64,000 nucleotides of DNA. Source: a virus. Numbering within the stretch: position 1 is the stretch's first letter; each line of letters opens with the position of its first letter. Of this stretch, positions 47,120 to 57,160 are shown in pieces. The stretch is from the IMG/VR virus record IMGVR_UViG_3300035682_000005, one strand, 5' to 3'. The notes below the pieces were generated by a model that was not told the DNA's origin, searched no databases, and was given only the letters and a program-made list of their open reading frames with translations. Position numbers and translations under genes: made by a program.

Positions 47120-47995
47120 ATGATTACACGACCACTTCTTGCAGCAACGTTAGAAGATGTAAACACGTTGCGATTTCCTGTTCTCGCAACTCCTAAACTT
47201 GACGGCATCCGTGTTCTTAAAGTAGATGGTAAAGCTGTCACACGAAAATTCAAGCCAGTGCCCAACACATACATACGAGAAATGTTAGAGAAGTATTTGC
47301 CAGACGGTGTTGATGGCGAAGTTATGACACCCGGCACGTTTAATGACATTCAATCAAAAGTCATGTCATTCGATGGTGAACCTCAGTTTTCATTCTATAT
47401 GTTTGACTATGTGAAAGATGATTTGGGCAAGCCATACAGCGAGCGAGTTTCTGATATGCACAACGCAATCAAGACGAAACCGACATTTGAAGTCATCGCA
47501 TTAAAGCCCGTAAAGATTCATTCAGTTGAAGAGTTGTTAGCGTTTGAGAAAGAGTGTCTGCGCCAGGGTTATGAAGGTGTCATGATTCGACAACCTGATA
47601 GCAAGTACAAGTGTGGCCGCTCAACACCAAAAGAACAGATACTCATGAAGCTCAAACGATTTTTAGACGCTGAAGCAATCGTCGTTGGGTTTGAAGAGAA
47701 AATGCACAACGACAACATACAAGAGCAAGATGAGTTTGGACTCGCAAAACGCTCGTCAAAAAAAGACGGTCTAGTGCCAGCAAACACACTTGGTTCACTT
47801 GTCGTTGAAGATCAAAAAACAAAAGTGCGATTTGGAATAGGCACAGGCTTTGATGATGCACTCAAGCAAGAAATCTGGGACAATCGTGATTCATACATCA
47901 ACAAATTAGTGAAGTATAAATATCAATCCGTGGGTGTCAAAGATGCTCCACGATTCCCAGTATTTTTAGGTTTCAGACACACGCTAGACACATGA
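47120..47995 (+). CDS. minimal ATP-dependent DNA ligase
   Basis: KLDGIR, DGE, FD, EGVM, KLK, GTG, PRFP. Confidence 0.92.
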   Translation: MITRPLLAATLEDVNTLRFPVLATPKLDGIRVLKVDGKAVTRKFKPVPNTYIREMLEKYLPDGVDGEVMTPGTFNDIQSKVMSFDGEPQFSFYMFDYVKDDLGKPYSERVSDMHNAIKTKPTFEVIALKPVKIHSVEELLAFEKECLRQGYEGVMIRQPDSKYKCGRSTPKEQILMKLKRFLDAEAIVVGFEEKMHNDNIQEQDEFGLAKRSSKKDGLVPANTLGSLVVEDQKTKVRFGIGTGFDDALKQEIWDNRDSYINKLVKYKYQSVGVKDAPRFPVFLGFRHTLDT

Positions 47996-48279
47996 CTAGA
48001 AAGATACCATTTTCTAAGTTAGAGCAAACTTGTGCTGCCAATCCTACAAAATGGCAGTATTTCTACTCCGATGGAGTGGCCTGTGTCATTGTGTATGAGT
48101 TGGATGACATTCGTATTTACGTGAGCCAATGTCCAGTTAATAATATAATTGATTGCATTCAGGAAAAGAATTTAGTATTATCAATTGATGATTTGTTGCA
48201 TGAGCCTCAATGTGAGCACATTAGCAATGATGTCTTGTATGAAGTTCTTGCGCGATTTGACCTGTTGGAGAAAGAATGA
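47992..48279 (+). CDS. hypothetical protein
   Basis: ATGA overlap with ligase. Confidence 0.55.
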   Translation: MTRKIPFSKLEQTCAANPTKWQYFYSDGVACVIVYELDDIRIYVSQCPVNNIIDCIQEKNLVLSIDDLLHEPQCEHISNDVLYEVLARFDLLEKE

Positions 48280-48509
48280 AAATAGACTTTGCAAGCCTTG
48301 TGCGAACACATCTAGGTTTCCCATCCGAGTGGGAAGGTAAAACAACTGACGGTAAAGCAGTAAAGCTGTCATATCGTTGTGGCAAAACAAAAGTGCTCGT
48401 TGAAGACAAAATTGTTGCCACACTTTCAATTGATCAATTCGACGTTGGTGGTTACATGGACGATCACGTTTTACAAAAGCTATTAAAAGATAATGGATAT
48501 ACAGAATGA
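48276..48509 (+). CDS. hypothetical protein
   Basis: PSEWEGKT.DG..YR.G; ATGA overlaps. Confidence 0.55.
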   Translation: MKIDFASLVRTHLGFPSEWEGKTTDGKAVKLSYRCGKTKVLVEDKIVATLSIDQFDVGGYMDDHVLQKLLKDNGYTE

Positions 48510-48739
48510 CATTACGAGTACACACACAAACAACATTTTCTCAAGCAATTGAGAAGATAGTACGAGAAAGTAAAGTCACATACTTTGAAGCAGTATGTGA
48601 TTTCATGGCAGCAAACAACATTGAGCCTGAATCAGTGCCTCGTTTGTTAAATCTCAGCATTAGGCAAAAGATCGAAGCTGAAGCGACAGATCTCAACATG
48701 CTGAATCGAGGAAACAGGCCAGCAAAACTGTTGCTATAA
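48506..48739 (+). CDS. 33: late transcription coactivator (gp33)
   Basis: FS..IE.IV..Y.EA..IEPE..KIEAEA..LN.L; 33-59-32 synteny. Confidence 0.85.
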   Translation: MTLRVHTQTTFSQAIEKIVRESKVTYFEAVCDFMAANNIEPESVPRLLNLSIRQKIEAEATDLNMLNRGNRPAKLLL

Positions 48740-48740
48740 T

Positions 48741-49373
48741 ATGAATGCATATGATGCGTACAAACGCTACGTTGCATTGAAATTGCACTTTCAACAAAAA
48801 GACTACGACTATTTCAAGTTTTCTGGTAGTGCAAAAGTCTCTCGTGAAAAATTTGAAACACGAAACGACAAGTATTTTTTTCAACGCATAGCAAAGTTGT
48901 ATGATGACAAACAACTTGAGCAACTTCTTGTCGCAAACTTTATTGTGAATAAAAGTGCATGGATTGGTGAAGTGCTTTCTGATGATGGCAGAACGCGCTA
49001 CATCGAATATAAGAAAACAATTCAAGCATTAGAGTATAATTTTCAAGAAGACATGAATGCAATTAAGCAATTGATTGACGTTGGAGATTTGCCATCTTTT
49101 GATTCCATCTTTATCATCGTCCGTGGCGACGACTGGCCTGAGTTGGTCACACTGACACTCCACAAAACAATCCGCGTTGAATCATTCATCATCATAAACA
49201 AGATTTTAAACTTCTTACCAAAAATGAACGGTCACATTGAAGACTCAATTGTGTGGCCAGAGATGTACCAACTTTGTAGAAAGTATTCTCCATTCCTTAA
49301 TGTGGACGTAAAGCGATATCGCACAATCATGAAAAATATTTTCTTGCAGAAAAAACTTGAACGAGTTGTATAA
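48741..49373 (+). CDS. 59: helicase loader (gp59)
   Basis: Y.ALKLHF..YDYFK, F..R.DKYFF, KY.PF. Confidence 0.9.
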   Translation: MNAYDAYKRYVALKLHFQQKDYDYFKFSGSAKVSREKFETRNDKYFFQRIAKLYDDKQLEQLLVANFIVNKSAWIGEVLSDDGRTRYIEYKKTIQALEYNFQEDMNAIKQLIDVGDLPSFDSIFIIVRGDDWPELVTLTLHKTIRVESFIIINKILNFLPKMNGHIEDSIVWPEMYQLCRKYSPFLNVDVKRYRTIMKNIFLQKKLERVV

Positions 49374-49432
49374 ATCAAGTATATTGTCAAGTACACTACT
49401 GAGTAGTGAACTATCTATTATTGGAGAAGAAT

Positions 49433-50386
49433 ATGTCATTTGCAGACCTTAAAAAAAATCAAGGCTTAGCTGGTGCTAAGAAGCTACAAGATGCGCTAGA
49501 AAATCTTAACAAGAAATCTGAATCAGGGTCATCTGGTGATGATCGTTTCTGGAAGCTCGCTGTAGATAAGTCTGGCGTTGGCGCAGCAGTGATTCGTTTT
49601 TTGCCTGAAGCTGACGGTGATACACTTCCGTGGGTACTTTTGTATGAACATGCATTCAAGGGTACAGGTGGCTGGTACATTGAGAAGTCTCGCACAACTC
49701 TTGGCAAAGGTGTTACAGATCCCGTGTTTGAGTATAACAATCAGCTCTGGAACTCTGGTATTGATGCAAACAAAGAGCTTGCTCGTAAGCAGAAGAGAAC
49801 CCCAAAGTATGTGTCAAACATTCTTGTTGTGAAAGATCCTGCTAATCCTGACAATGAAGGTAAAGTATTCTTGTTCAAGTATGGCAAGAAGCTCTTTCAA
49901 AAGATTCAAGAAGCTATGATTCCTGAGCCAGATCCAGTTGATCAGAAAGATCCTGTGAACCCATTCTGTCCTTGGAAAGGCGCAAACTTCAAGCTCAAGT
50001 GTCGCAAAGTTGATGGCTACCCAAACTACGATCAATCTGATTTTTCGTCACCTGATCCTTTGTTTGGTGGCGACGACAAAAAGATTGAGAATCTTTGGCG
50101 CACTGAGCATAAGTTGTCTGAGTTGTCTGATCCGTCTCAGTTCAAGTCATATGATGATCTGAAGAAGCGTCTTGATCGTGTGCTTGGACTCAGTGCATCA
50201 TCAACTGTTGAGAGTGCATCGTCTGCATCTTCTAAGAGTACAAAGTCCGCACTTGCAGAGAGTGCATCCGACATTGGTACAATTAATCGTGAAGACGATA
50301 TTCCAGCATCGTTTAGTTCATCCACTAGCGATGATGATATCTCAGATGATCTTTCGTACCTTCAGCAGTTAGCTAATGAAGATTAA
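49433..50386 (+). CDS. 32: ssDNA-binding protein (gp32)
   Basis: DDRFWK, AVIRFLP, WYIE, GANFKLK, NYD.S, acidic tail. Confidence 0.95.
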   Translation: MSFADLKKNQGLAGAKKLQDALENLNKKSESGSSGDDRFWKLAVDKSGVGAAVIRFLPEADGDTLPWVLLYEHAFKGTGGWYIEKSRTTLGKGVTDPVFEYNNQLWNSGIDANKELARKQKRTPKYVSNILVVKDPANPDNEGKVFLFKYGKKLFQKIQEAMIPEPDPVDQKDPVNPFCPWKGANFKLKCRKVDGYPNYDQSDFSSPDPLFGGDDKKIENLWRTEHKLSELSDPSQFKSYDDLKKRLDRVLGLSASSTVESASSASSKSTKSALAESASDIGTINREDDIPASFSSSTSDDDISDDLSYLQQLANED

Positions 50387-52944
50387 GCATTAACGGCTTC
50401 AACGTAAGACTTGCGCCTGCTATCAGTGCCTGTATCTGTGTTAGGCTGACCATCACTTGAACTACTCATGTTGATTGTTGGACCTGGACCAGCTACAGGC
50501 ATTATAGTAGGCGTTTGTGGTGCTGCCTGAGCCAATGCAGTGCTTCTTGATCCATCCGCAACTGTTTGTTGATTTGTCGTCATTTGAGGAACACTAACTG
50601 CCGCTTGCATTATTGGTACATTTGGTGCAATGTTTTGCGGCTCTATTATTCCTTCTGGTGATATTTTGCCGGAATCAATATCTTGCTTTAGTTGCTCTGC
50701 AAGCCCAGCTCGTCTTATATTTTCTTGTGTGCCAGCTGCGTGTCCAGTTGCCTTAGATACTTGATTTACATTACTGTAATCAAATTTGCTTTGTCTGTCT
50801 GCATAATACTGTGCTTGTATTTTTGCTGCGATTGCTGGATCATTCGCAAGATCTGGGTTGCTTACCAAATCAACACCTAGCTTTTCGCTCATATCTGTAT
50901 AATTGTTTTTTCCAGTTAGTTGAACAAGACCTCTGCCTCGATATTTGTATCCCTCATCACCGGCGTTGCCCATTCTTCCGCCATAAATTAAATTGCCCAC
51001 AGCTTCTGGACCTTGATCAACGATTGCTTGTGCTTCTTCTAAAGATCTAACACGAACATTATTTCCACTGCCGGGACCAAATAATCGCATTAAAGTTGTT
51101 GCTGAGTAATTTAAATTTTCACTCTGTGGTTTAAAACCAGACTCGGCTTGAAGGTTTGCTAATATGTTTGCTTGTTGAGTTGGGTCTGTAATTCCTTTAG
51201 CCTGCAACTCTTTCAATGCAAGATTTTTCATATCTTCAGTGCTTTTTGTTCCCCCACTTGGAATTGCTGGTGTTGTCGGCTTGCCCATCATATTTCTCGT
51301 GGCAGTTGAGGCCTTGCGTCCCATTCTGTTTGATAGACTCGCATTTTTTTGTGTTGTGGTATTATCTCTTTGAAATATACCACTTCGTGTTTGTGTGCCA
51401 CCTTGTGTACTTGCTGTTCCTCCAGTAGCTATCGCAGCAATTGCATCTAATGCTTTTAGTGGAAACAATAAGCCAAGACCCTTACCATCTGCACCCAAAA
51501 GATCTTTAATGTCTCTGTTTTTAGTTAAAGATGCTAGTGGCATCACAGATGCTTTTGCGTTTAGTGTGCCTGCTGGAGCTGGTGTTATGCCAGAAGCACC
51601 TGCACCGGTCGGACCATCAAACATACCAGCATCTTTTGCTGCCAGTGCAGCATCAATACCAACACTTCCGGCAGTACCCAAACCAGGTAGTGTTGATGCG
51701 GCACCTGATGCGAGTTCTAGGCCAGCACCTTTGAAGTCACCCGATAGTGCTCTTTGTATTGCAAAAATTCCACCTGCGCCAAGACCTAGAAGGGGTATTT
51801 TTTTTAGCAAAGATTTTCCACCCATCTTTGCAACACCACCAAGTGCTTTACCAGCTATACCACCTTTAAGTATACTTCCGATACCGCCGACTGCCTTGCC
51901 AGCACCCCTAAAGACACCTCTTGCTAATTTTCCAGCTCCTTTTGCAGCTGCACCTATACCCAGCATATCAAGAGCAGTGTCTACTATTCCGCCGCCTGAT
52001 TGGTTGCTTGACTCACCTGGTGAGCCTTGTACATCTTGATTAGACCTATCTCTTGTCAATTTGAGTGGATTGTTTCTTGATGCTTCCCGTGTGGCTTCAA
52101 GATCATCTAGTTTTCTATCTTTTGCTTGAGTTTTTTGCCAACTATTGTATTTGTTCAGTTCGCGCAATTCGTTTAAAAGCTCAGTGGTAACAACATCTTT
52201 CATCGCCGCAATGTTTTGTGCCATGTCTTGCATGTATTCCATGCCAGCGCCGCTTGCTTGTGTTGTATATGCTGGTGCCGTATTGTCATGAACATACTCA
52301 ACACCAGACATTTTTGTTGTTGGTCGAGTAAAGAAGTTTTTGCCACCTTTGCTTCCACCTTTGCCCTTGCCTGGCTTAACATTATTTTCTTTTTCAAGTT
52401 CTCTTGCATACATTTGCTCAGAGTCTTTGCGAAGCACCTCGTTTCTTGATCGTAGTGTTTGTGCTCTTTTTTGTTTTTGTTCTTTGATTTTTCGAGCAGC
52501 GAATGTGCCTGTACTCAACATTGCTTTAAATAATGGAAATTCATCAAGTGCCGAGTCTAATGCATTGACAATGTTTGATGACGCGCCATCAAGAAGTTTT
52601 GAAATATCGGCAAACTTTTTGTTATACTGATCTTTGTGGCCGCGTACCGCACTTTGAACTTTTGTGTACGCCGCAAATACCTTTTTTTGTTCTCTAGGTT
52701 CAAGAGATGCTTTGAGTAAATATTCTCTAAGTTGATCTAGTCTAACGAGTCGTGTTTTTAATCCATCAAGTGTGTCAGCATCGGCGCCAGATGCAATATC
52801 ATAAAGCATTTCCATTGCTTTCAAGCCAGTGTTGCTGTGCGGCTTGTACTTCACGCGAAGATCTGTCATCAACCCGGCGTATGGCTCTTGTGACTTGGTA
52901 GATTGCTCTTTGATTTGTTTTTTGAGTTTGTCGCTAAGTTTCAT
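50383..52944 (-). CDS. baseplate hub/tape-measure-like protein with GH19 muralytic domain
   Basis: helical N-terminus, Gly-rich middle, AESG..ENLNYS..YGGRMGN..YRGRGLVQLTGKNNY. Confidence 0.75.
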   Translation of the reverse strand: MKLSDKLKKQIKEQSTKSQEPYAGLMTDLRVKYKPHSNTGLKAMEMLYDIASGADADTLDGLKTRLVRLDQLREYLLKASLEPREQKKVFAAYTKVQSAVRGHKDQYNKKFADISKLLDGASSNIVNALDSALDEFPLFKAMLSTGTFAARKIKEQKQKRAQTLRSRNEVLRKDSEQMYARELEKENNVKPGKGKGGSKGGKNFFTRPTTKMSGVEYVHDNTAPAYTTQASGAGMEYMQDMAQNIAAMKDVVTTELLNELRELNKYNSWQKTQAKDRKLDDLEATREASRNNPLKLTRDRSNQDVQGSPGESSNQSGGGIVDTALDMLGIGAAAKGAGKLARGVFRGAGKAVGGIGSILKGGIAGKALGGVAKMGGKSLLKKIPLLGLGAGGIFAIQRALSGDFKGAGLELASGAASTLPGLGTAGSVGIDAALAAKDAGMFDGPTGAGASGITPAPAGTLNAKASVMPLASLTKNRDIKDLLGADGKGLGLLFPLKALDAIAAIATGGTASTQGGTQTRSGIFQRDNTTTQKNASLSNRMGRKASTATRNMMGKPTTPAIPSGGTKSTEDMKNLALKELQAKGITDPTQQANILANLQAESGFKPQSENLNYSATTLMRLFGPGSGNNVRVRSLEEAQAIVDQGPEAVGNLIYGGRMGNAGDEGYKYRGRGLVQLTGKNNYTDMSEKLGVDLVSNPDLANDPAIAAKIQAQYYADRQSKFDYSNVNQVSKATGHAAGTQENIRRAGLAEQLKQDIDSGKISPEGIIEPQNIAPNVPIMQAAVSVPQMTTNQQTVADGSRSTALAQAAPQTPTIMPVAGPGPTINMSSSSDGQPNTDTGTDSRRKSYVEAVNA

Positions 52945-52985
52945 TCAAGTTGTGTCCGTACCAAGTCAAGTTTGGATATACAACT

Positions 52986-53153
52986 CTATTTATTCTGATC
53001 CTGTAGCTCTTTTAAGAATGACGCAAGCATTTCCACATACACATCAAGCTCATATGGAATGAGTGATTCCAATTCTGTAAGTGAGTATTTGTGGTGCTGA
53101 ACCATGCTGAATAGCGTCTGATAGTAGATCGCTAGACTTGTATGACCCAGCAT
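52986..53153 (-). CDS. 51: baseplate hub assembly protein (gp51-like)
   Basis: YYQT.F.M.QHHKYSLTELE.LIP.E..Y. Confidence 0.8.
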   Translation of the reverse strand: MLGHTSLAIYYQTLFSMVQHHKYSLTELESLIPYELDVYVEMLASFLKELQDQNK

Positions 53154-53884
53154 TATGCGAAAAAATCTTCTAATCCAGAAAGCAAGTAGTCTTGCTGAAA
53201 CGAACACTCAGAACACTTGATACTGATCTTTTGTTCAAGTTTTGGCATGTTTGCTAAGAAAATCTCGATAGCTTTAAACTGATCGCCACTGAGGTTTTCT
53301 AAGAACTCAATACCTTCTTGCGTTGATACATCTTTTGCAGATGTGATTGTGTCAACATCATACACAAAATCGACACAAGCCCAAATAAGTTTGAAAATGT
53401 TTGTAAGATCGTTTTTTGTTTTTGCAGCTTGAAGAAGTGCAAAATGTTTAGCTGTTGGATATTTGAGTTGAAGACCAACAGTATCAGTAATCTTTACTTT
53501 CTTCTCAGCACCTTCAAGGTGTTCTACCTTTGCATCTTTCAAGTTGACTTGAACTTCACGATGATTTGAGCATTCAGGGCACGTGGTGTTCTGCACAGGC
53601 AAGAAACGAATCGTTGTTGTGTCACCAATACTCAAGATGCGTAGTTGAAGAATAAGATACTCGAAATCGAAGATCTCAAGTTTATCAACATCAATTCCTG
53701 GCGTCACAATGCAGTTTGAGACAATCTGTTTTGTTGCATTGGCAACATCATCAGATTCGCCGCTCTCCATGGCAGTAAGAAGAATTTTTTCCTCTTTGAC
53801 TAAGAATGGACGTACAGTGATTGCCTTTTGTGTTGAGGGAATAATTACAGTATGCGTAGGTACATCAATCTTTGGTAAGCCCAT
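53153..53884 (-). CDS. 26: baseplate hub subunit (gp26-like)
   Basis: LPK, RPFLVKEEKILL, GLEDFF. Confidence 0.88.
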   Translation of the reverse strand: MGLPKIDVPTHTVIIPSTQKAITVRPFLVKEEKILLTAMESGESDDVANATKQIVSNCIVTPGIDVDKLEIFDFEYLILQLRILSIGDTTTIRFLPVQNTTCPECSNHREVQVNLKDAKVEHLEGAEKKVKITDTVGLQLKYPTAKHFALLQAAKTKNDLTNIFKLIWACVDFVYDVDTITSAKDVSTQEGIEFLENLSGDQFKAIEIFLANMPKLEQKISIKCSECSFQQDYLLSGLEDFFA

Positions 53885-53926
53885 TGTTCACTCCACGAAT
53901 TAAAAATGCTCGTGTAAGTATATATG

Positions 53927-54595
53927 CTACCCAAAAGGCTTGAGGTTTGGGTTATTTGGCATAGCAAAATCAAGAACAGATTTCCATTTGCTGTATGCGA
54001 ATTGTACGGTGAGTTTCAAGTATTCTGTATCTCCATAGCTTAACTCTTGTGCTTGAATGGAAATTGGATATGCTTCTTGAAGCACATACTTAGAATTTTT
54101 TTCACCAACATTTGGTTGTGTGTTGTTGGAGATTTTTTGAATGATAATGCTGCCCACATAGTTTTCATAAAACTCCATGTATTGTGAGCCTGGTGAGATG
54201 ATGGTTTGTTGCCACACATCGAAAAACGTACGCTCTACCATAGAGTTTGTGCAAATGAATGTTGCGGTAAAATCTTCGTATAACACACCATATGGCATTT
54301 TTCGTACAGTACCAAAGATTCTGTGCTCAGTTGATAGCAATTGTCTGCCTGGTATTGATATAGACTCAGCAAGCATTGAAACTTGGCTTGCTTTATTTTT
54401 TAAGAACCCAGTTTTGAAAAGATCCCCGGCAGTGTTTGATATTGCACCCAGTAAATCGCCGCCAAGTCCTTGTTCAATTGCCGATGAGATATTCAAAAAA
54501 GCAGCTGGCGGTACAATGTTTAGAACATACTGACACCCTAATGCAGGGCCACCAGATTTATTGATTATCTCTTTAATTGCGTTTACGTTTGCCAT
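53927..54595 (-). CDS. 54: tail tube initiator (gp54-like)
   Basis: SIPGR, FFD.W, AYP.SI, V.FAY.KW. Confidence 0.7.
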   Translation of the reverse strand: MANVNAIKEIINKSGGPALGCQYVLNIVPPAAFLNISSAIEQGLGGDLLGAISNTAGDLFKTGFLKNKASQVSMLAESISIPGRQLLSTEHRIFGTVRKMPYGVLYEDFTATFICTNSMVERTFFDVWQQTIISPGSQYMEFYENYVGSIIIQKISNNTQPNVGEKNSKYVLQEAYPISIQAQELSYGDTEYLKLTVQFAYSKWKSVLDFAMPNNPNLKPFG

Positions 54596-55205
54596 TTCTG
54601 TTTTCCTCTATGATTCGCCTCGATATGTTCCAGACTCTTCTCTTAGCCACTTTTACAAATCGTTCTGTTGGTAAAAACAGAGCAAGTTCCCACTCATCTG
54701 GTGTAAGAGTGTACAACATGTTTCCTATTTGAGATCGTTTGTATGACCGCAAACATGCCTGGTAGTGAACAAGTTTGTTTGACAGTTTTAACATCGAGTA
54801 CGTTATATTTATTCTGATAACACCAGCTACACTCGTTCTTTGATATGCTTCTAACTTGCTCATGAAATCCGCTCTATCACCAGGTGATAAGTAATGAAAA
54901 TTCAGTCCTATGAATCCACCAGGTATCAACTTGATCACAAGTACAAGTGGAAACACATCATAATACTTCAGCTGGGCTTTTGTTGCAGGGTTGTACTTGA
55001 ATGTGATAATGTTGCCTGGTATGGGCTTGTTTGGGTAATTTGCTTTATCAAAGAACTTTTCTGGGTCTGTCTCGGTTGTGCCAAAGACATCTTTTATTTT
55101 TCGTTTGTACCAATTGAGAGAACGCAAGCTCATTTCAGCGAACTTCTCATTTTTTATAGAGAGTTCAACCATATCGTTAAAGTAAGTTCTTGGCTTGGTT
55201 TTCAT
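54573..55205 (-). CDS. 2: DNA end protector (gp2)
   Basis: F.Y.P.TK..L.YYD.FPL, GLNFHYL, W..A..LP...F. Confidence 0.88.
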   Translation of the reverse strand: MKTKPRTYFNDMVELSIKNEKFAEMSLRSLNWYKRKIKDVFGTTETDPEKFFDKANYPNKPIPGNIITFKYNPATKAQLKYYDVFPLVLVIKLIPGGFIGLNFHYLSPGDRADFMSKLEAYQRTSVAGVIRINITYSMLKLSNKLVHYQACLRSYKRSQIGNMLYTLTPDEWELALFLPTERFVKVAKRRVWNISRRIIEENRNGKRKRN

Positions 55206-55217
55206 TAAAGGTATTTA

Positions 55218-55673
55218 TTAGCTTCCAAGAATTTTTATACCCAGTGTTGCAAGACTTTTCTCAGTCCATACTTGAAACGACGCGCCTTGTGCCTTTGCAG
55301 CATGAGATGCCGCTTTCCATTTTGCTTGATTCTTGACGTATTGATACACTTCGGTGATGTATCGTTTCTTTGATGTGCGAGTTGTTTTTTTGGATTGTTC
55401 AGGGGGTCGTGTGTATTTGTCAGGTTTCAACTCAATCCACAAATGCTTGCCGTCTTTGAACGTAGCTGTGAAATCAATAAAGTATCTGTGCCACGATCCG
55501 TCGGTGGGGCATAAATATGGAATGACTACTTCTTCAGATGACCACGAGACAACACTTGGGTTACTATCACACCACATCATGACAGAAAATTCCCATGATG
55601 AGCGATAGTAGATGTTTTTATCATCACCTAAATACTTCGATGGGTTTTTCAATTTAAACTGACCTTGGTGCAT
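55218..55673 (-). CDS. 4: head completion nuclease (gp4)
   Basis: NPSKY.GD..YRSSWE, WSSEE, HRYF.DF, E.KP, N.AKW. Confidence 0.92.
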   Translation of the reverse strand: MHQGQFKLKNPSKYLGDDKNIYYRSSWEFSVMMWCDSNPSVVSWSSEEVVIPYLCPTDGSWHRYFIDFTATFKDGKHLWIELKPDKYTRPPEQSKKTTRTSKKRYITEVYQYVKNQAKWKAASHAAKAQGASFQVWTEKSLATLGIKILGS

Positions 55674-56621
55674 ATGGCTGGCTTTTTAGACCTTGTAAAA
55701 AAATTAAAGGGATCTTCTGTTATTGACGAACTTGCGTCAGCAGCTGGTGTGCCCTCATCACTTGTCAATCTATTTAACTCAGGTCCAGATGTGAATACAT
55801 TTATGCCTGAGAATCCAACTCGTGATGGTCAATCTGGTGAAAATGACGACAGGTCATATACAGACGGAAGCTCAATTTATTATCCACACGATCTTTTTGA
55901 GAATCAAACATCAGCTTACATATATTTTATGGTGCGTGACTCTCAGGCATCAAACTCTACCATGTATTCATCTGGCACTACAGCCACCGCAGGAAACACC
56001 GGCGCGGCAAGTTTGTTTAAACGCTTGGCGTTGTATATGCCGCCGTCAGTCAAAGTGAATTATGGCACTAAATGGGAAGAAGTTAGTTTGGCAGTAAGCA
56101 GAAACTTGGACATGGTAAAAAATATTGGGTCCGGCGGCACCGCCACGGAAGCAGCCATCATTGCGGGTATGGCGGCTGATAAGGCGATGGGTACTCAAGC
56201 ATTTCAAAATGAGGCTGAATTTCGTTCAAAAGGTATTCTTGATCCTCAAGCAGCATTACTCTTCAAAGGTGTGGAGTTTAGAGAGTTTCAATTTGATTTT
56301 CAACTTCTTGCTAGAACAAAAGAAGAAAGTGAAAACATTCGCAAAATCATCAAAACATTTAAGTGGGCAATGCATCCAGCAAAAGGTGGTGGAGTTACAT
56401 GGCAATACCCATGTTTTTTTGAAGTATATCTTCTGACACCAACACGCAAGTACATGTTTAACATTATGAATTCTGCGCTCATCAGAATGGACGTTGACTA
56501 TGGAGGCTCAGGCATTCCAGCATTCTTTAGAGAGAATGGTGCGCCCGTAGACATTCGATTGTCACTTACGTTCAAGGAACTTCAAGTATTGACGAAGGAA
56601 ATGATTCTTAAAGATTACTAA
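55674..56621 (+). CDS. 48: baseplate tail tube cap (gp48-like)
   Basis: LYMP, F.G..FR.F.F.F, I..FK, YP..F, L.F.E. Confidence 0.85.
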   Translation: MAGFLDLVKKLKGSSVIDELASAAGVPSSLVNLFNSGPDVNTFMPENPTRDGQSGENDDRSYTDGSSIYYPHDLFENQTSAYIYFMVRDSQASNSTMYSSGTTATAGNTGAASLFKRLALYMPPSVKVNYGTKWEEVSLAVSRNLDMVKNIGSGGTATEAAIIAGMAADKAMGTQAFQNEAEFRSKGILDPQAALLFKGVEFREFQFDFQLLARTKEESENIRKIIKTFKWAMHPAKGGGVTWQYPCFFEVYLLTPTRKYMFNIMNSALIRMDVDYGGSGIPAFFRENGAPVDIRLSLTFKELQVLTKEMILKDY

Positions 56622-56623
56622 TT

Positions 56624-57154
56624 ATGAAACACTTTCATTACTTTCCTCAAGTAGAATACGGCGCCGAGACCGCAGTCAACATTATGGTCAGAGGCAAGAT
56701 CAGAGATGCAATCTTGCAGCGCACAGCATTGTACTATAAGTACACTATTACACCAGGTGAACGACCAGACATTATTGCGGCAAAGTATTACGACAACCCA
56801 CGACACACTTGGGCTCTTTTTTACGCAAACAACATGTTTCATCCAATACATGACTGGCCTATGGATGATGCAGTGTTCACAAAGTATCTTGAGACAAAAT
56901 ATGGTGTTTCATACCCACGTGGCGCCCTCGCATTTCCACACCACTATGAATTGCTAGATACGGCAACAAATAAGCGATTGATTATTGACGAAGCTACATA
57001 CACGTTGTATAAAACAGACACAACTCGGAAAGTAAGATCTGTTAGTGTGTATCAACACGAAGTCGAAATGAATGATAACAAAAGAAATATCGTGATTCTT
57101 GACAAGTCATACATACTAGACTTGACAAACGAGTTGAGCAAACTTTTCAAGTAA
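56624..57154 (+). CDS. 53: baseplate wedge subunit (gp53)
   Basis: GERPDIIA..YY..W..N..DWP, E..ND.KR.I. Confidence 0.9.
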   Translation: MKHFHYFPQVEYGAETAVNIMVRGKIRDAILQRTALYYKYTITPGERPDIIAAKYYDNPRHTWALFYANNMFHPIHDWPMDDAVFTKYLETKYGVSYPRGALAFPHHYELLDTATNKRLIIDEATYTLYKTDTTRKVRSVSVYQHEVEMNDNKRNIVILDKSYILDLTNELSKLFK

Positions 57155-57160
57155 TTCGCT

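Noticed and set aside
51395-52039. 214-aa plus-strand ORF and similar long antisense ORFs (15704-16333, 20071-20715, 39110-39667)
   Set aside because: Shadows of well-supported genes on the opposite strand, with no motifs or signals
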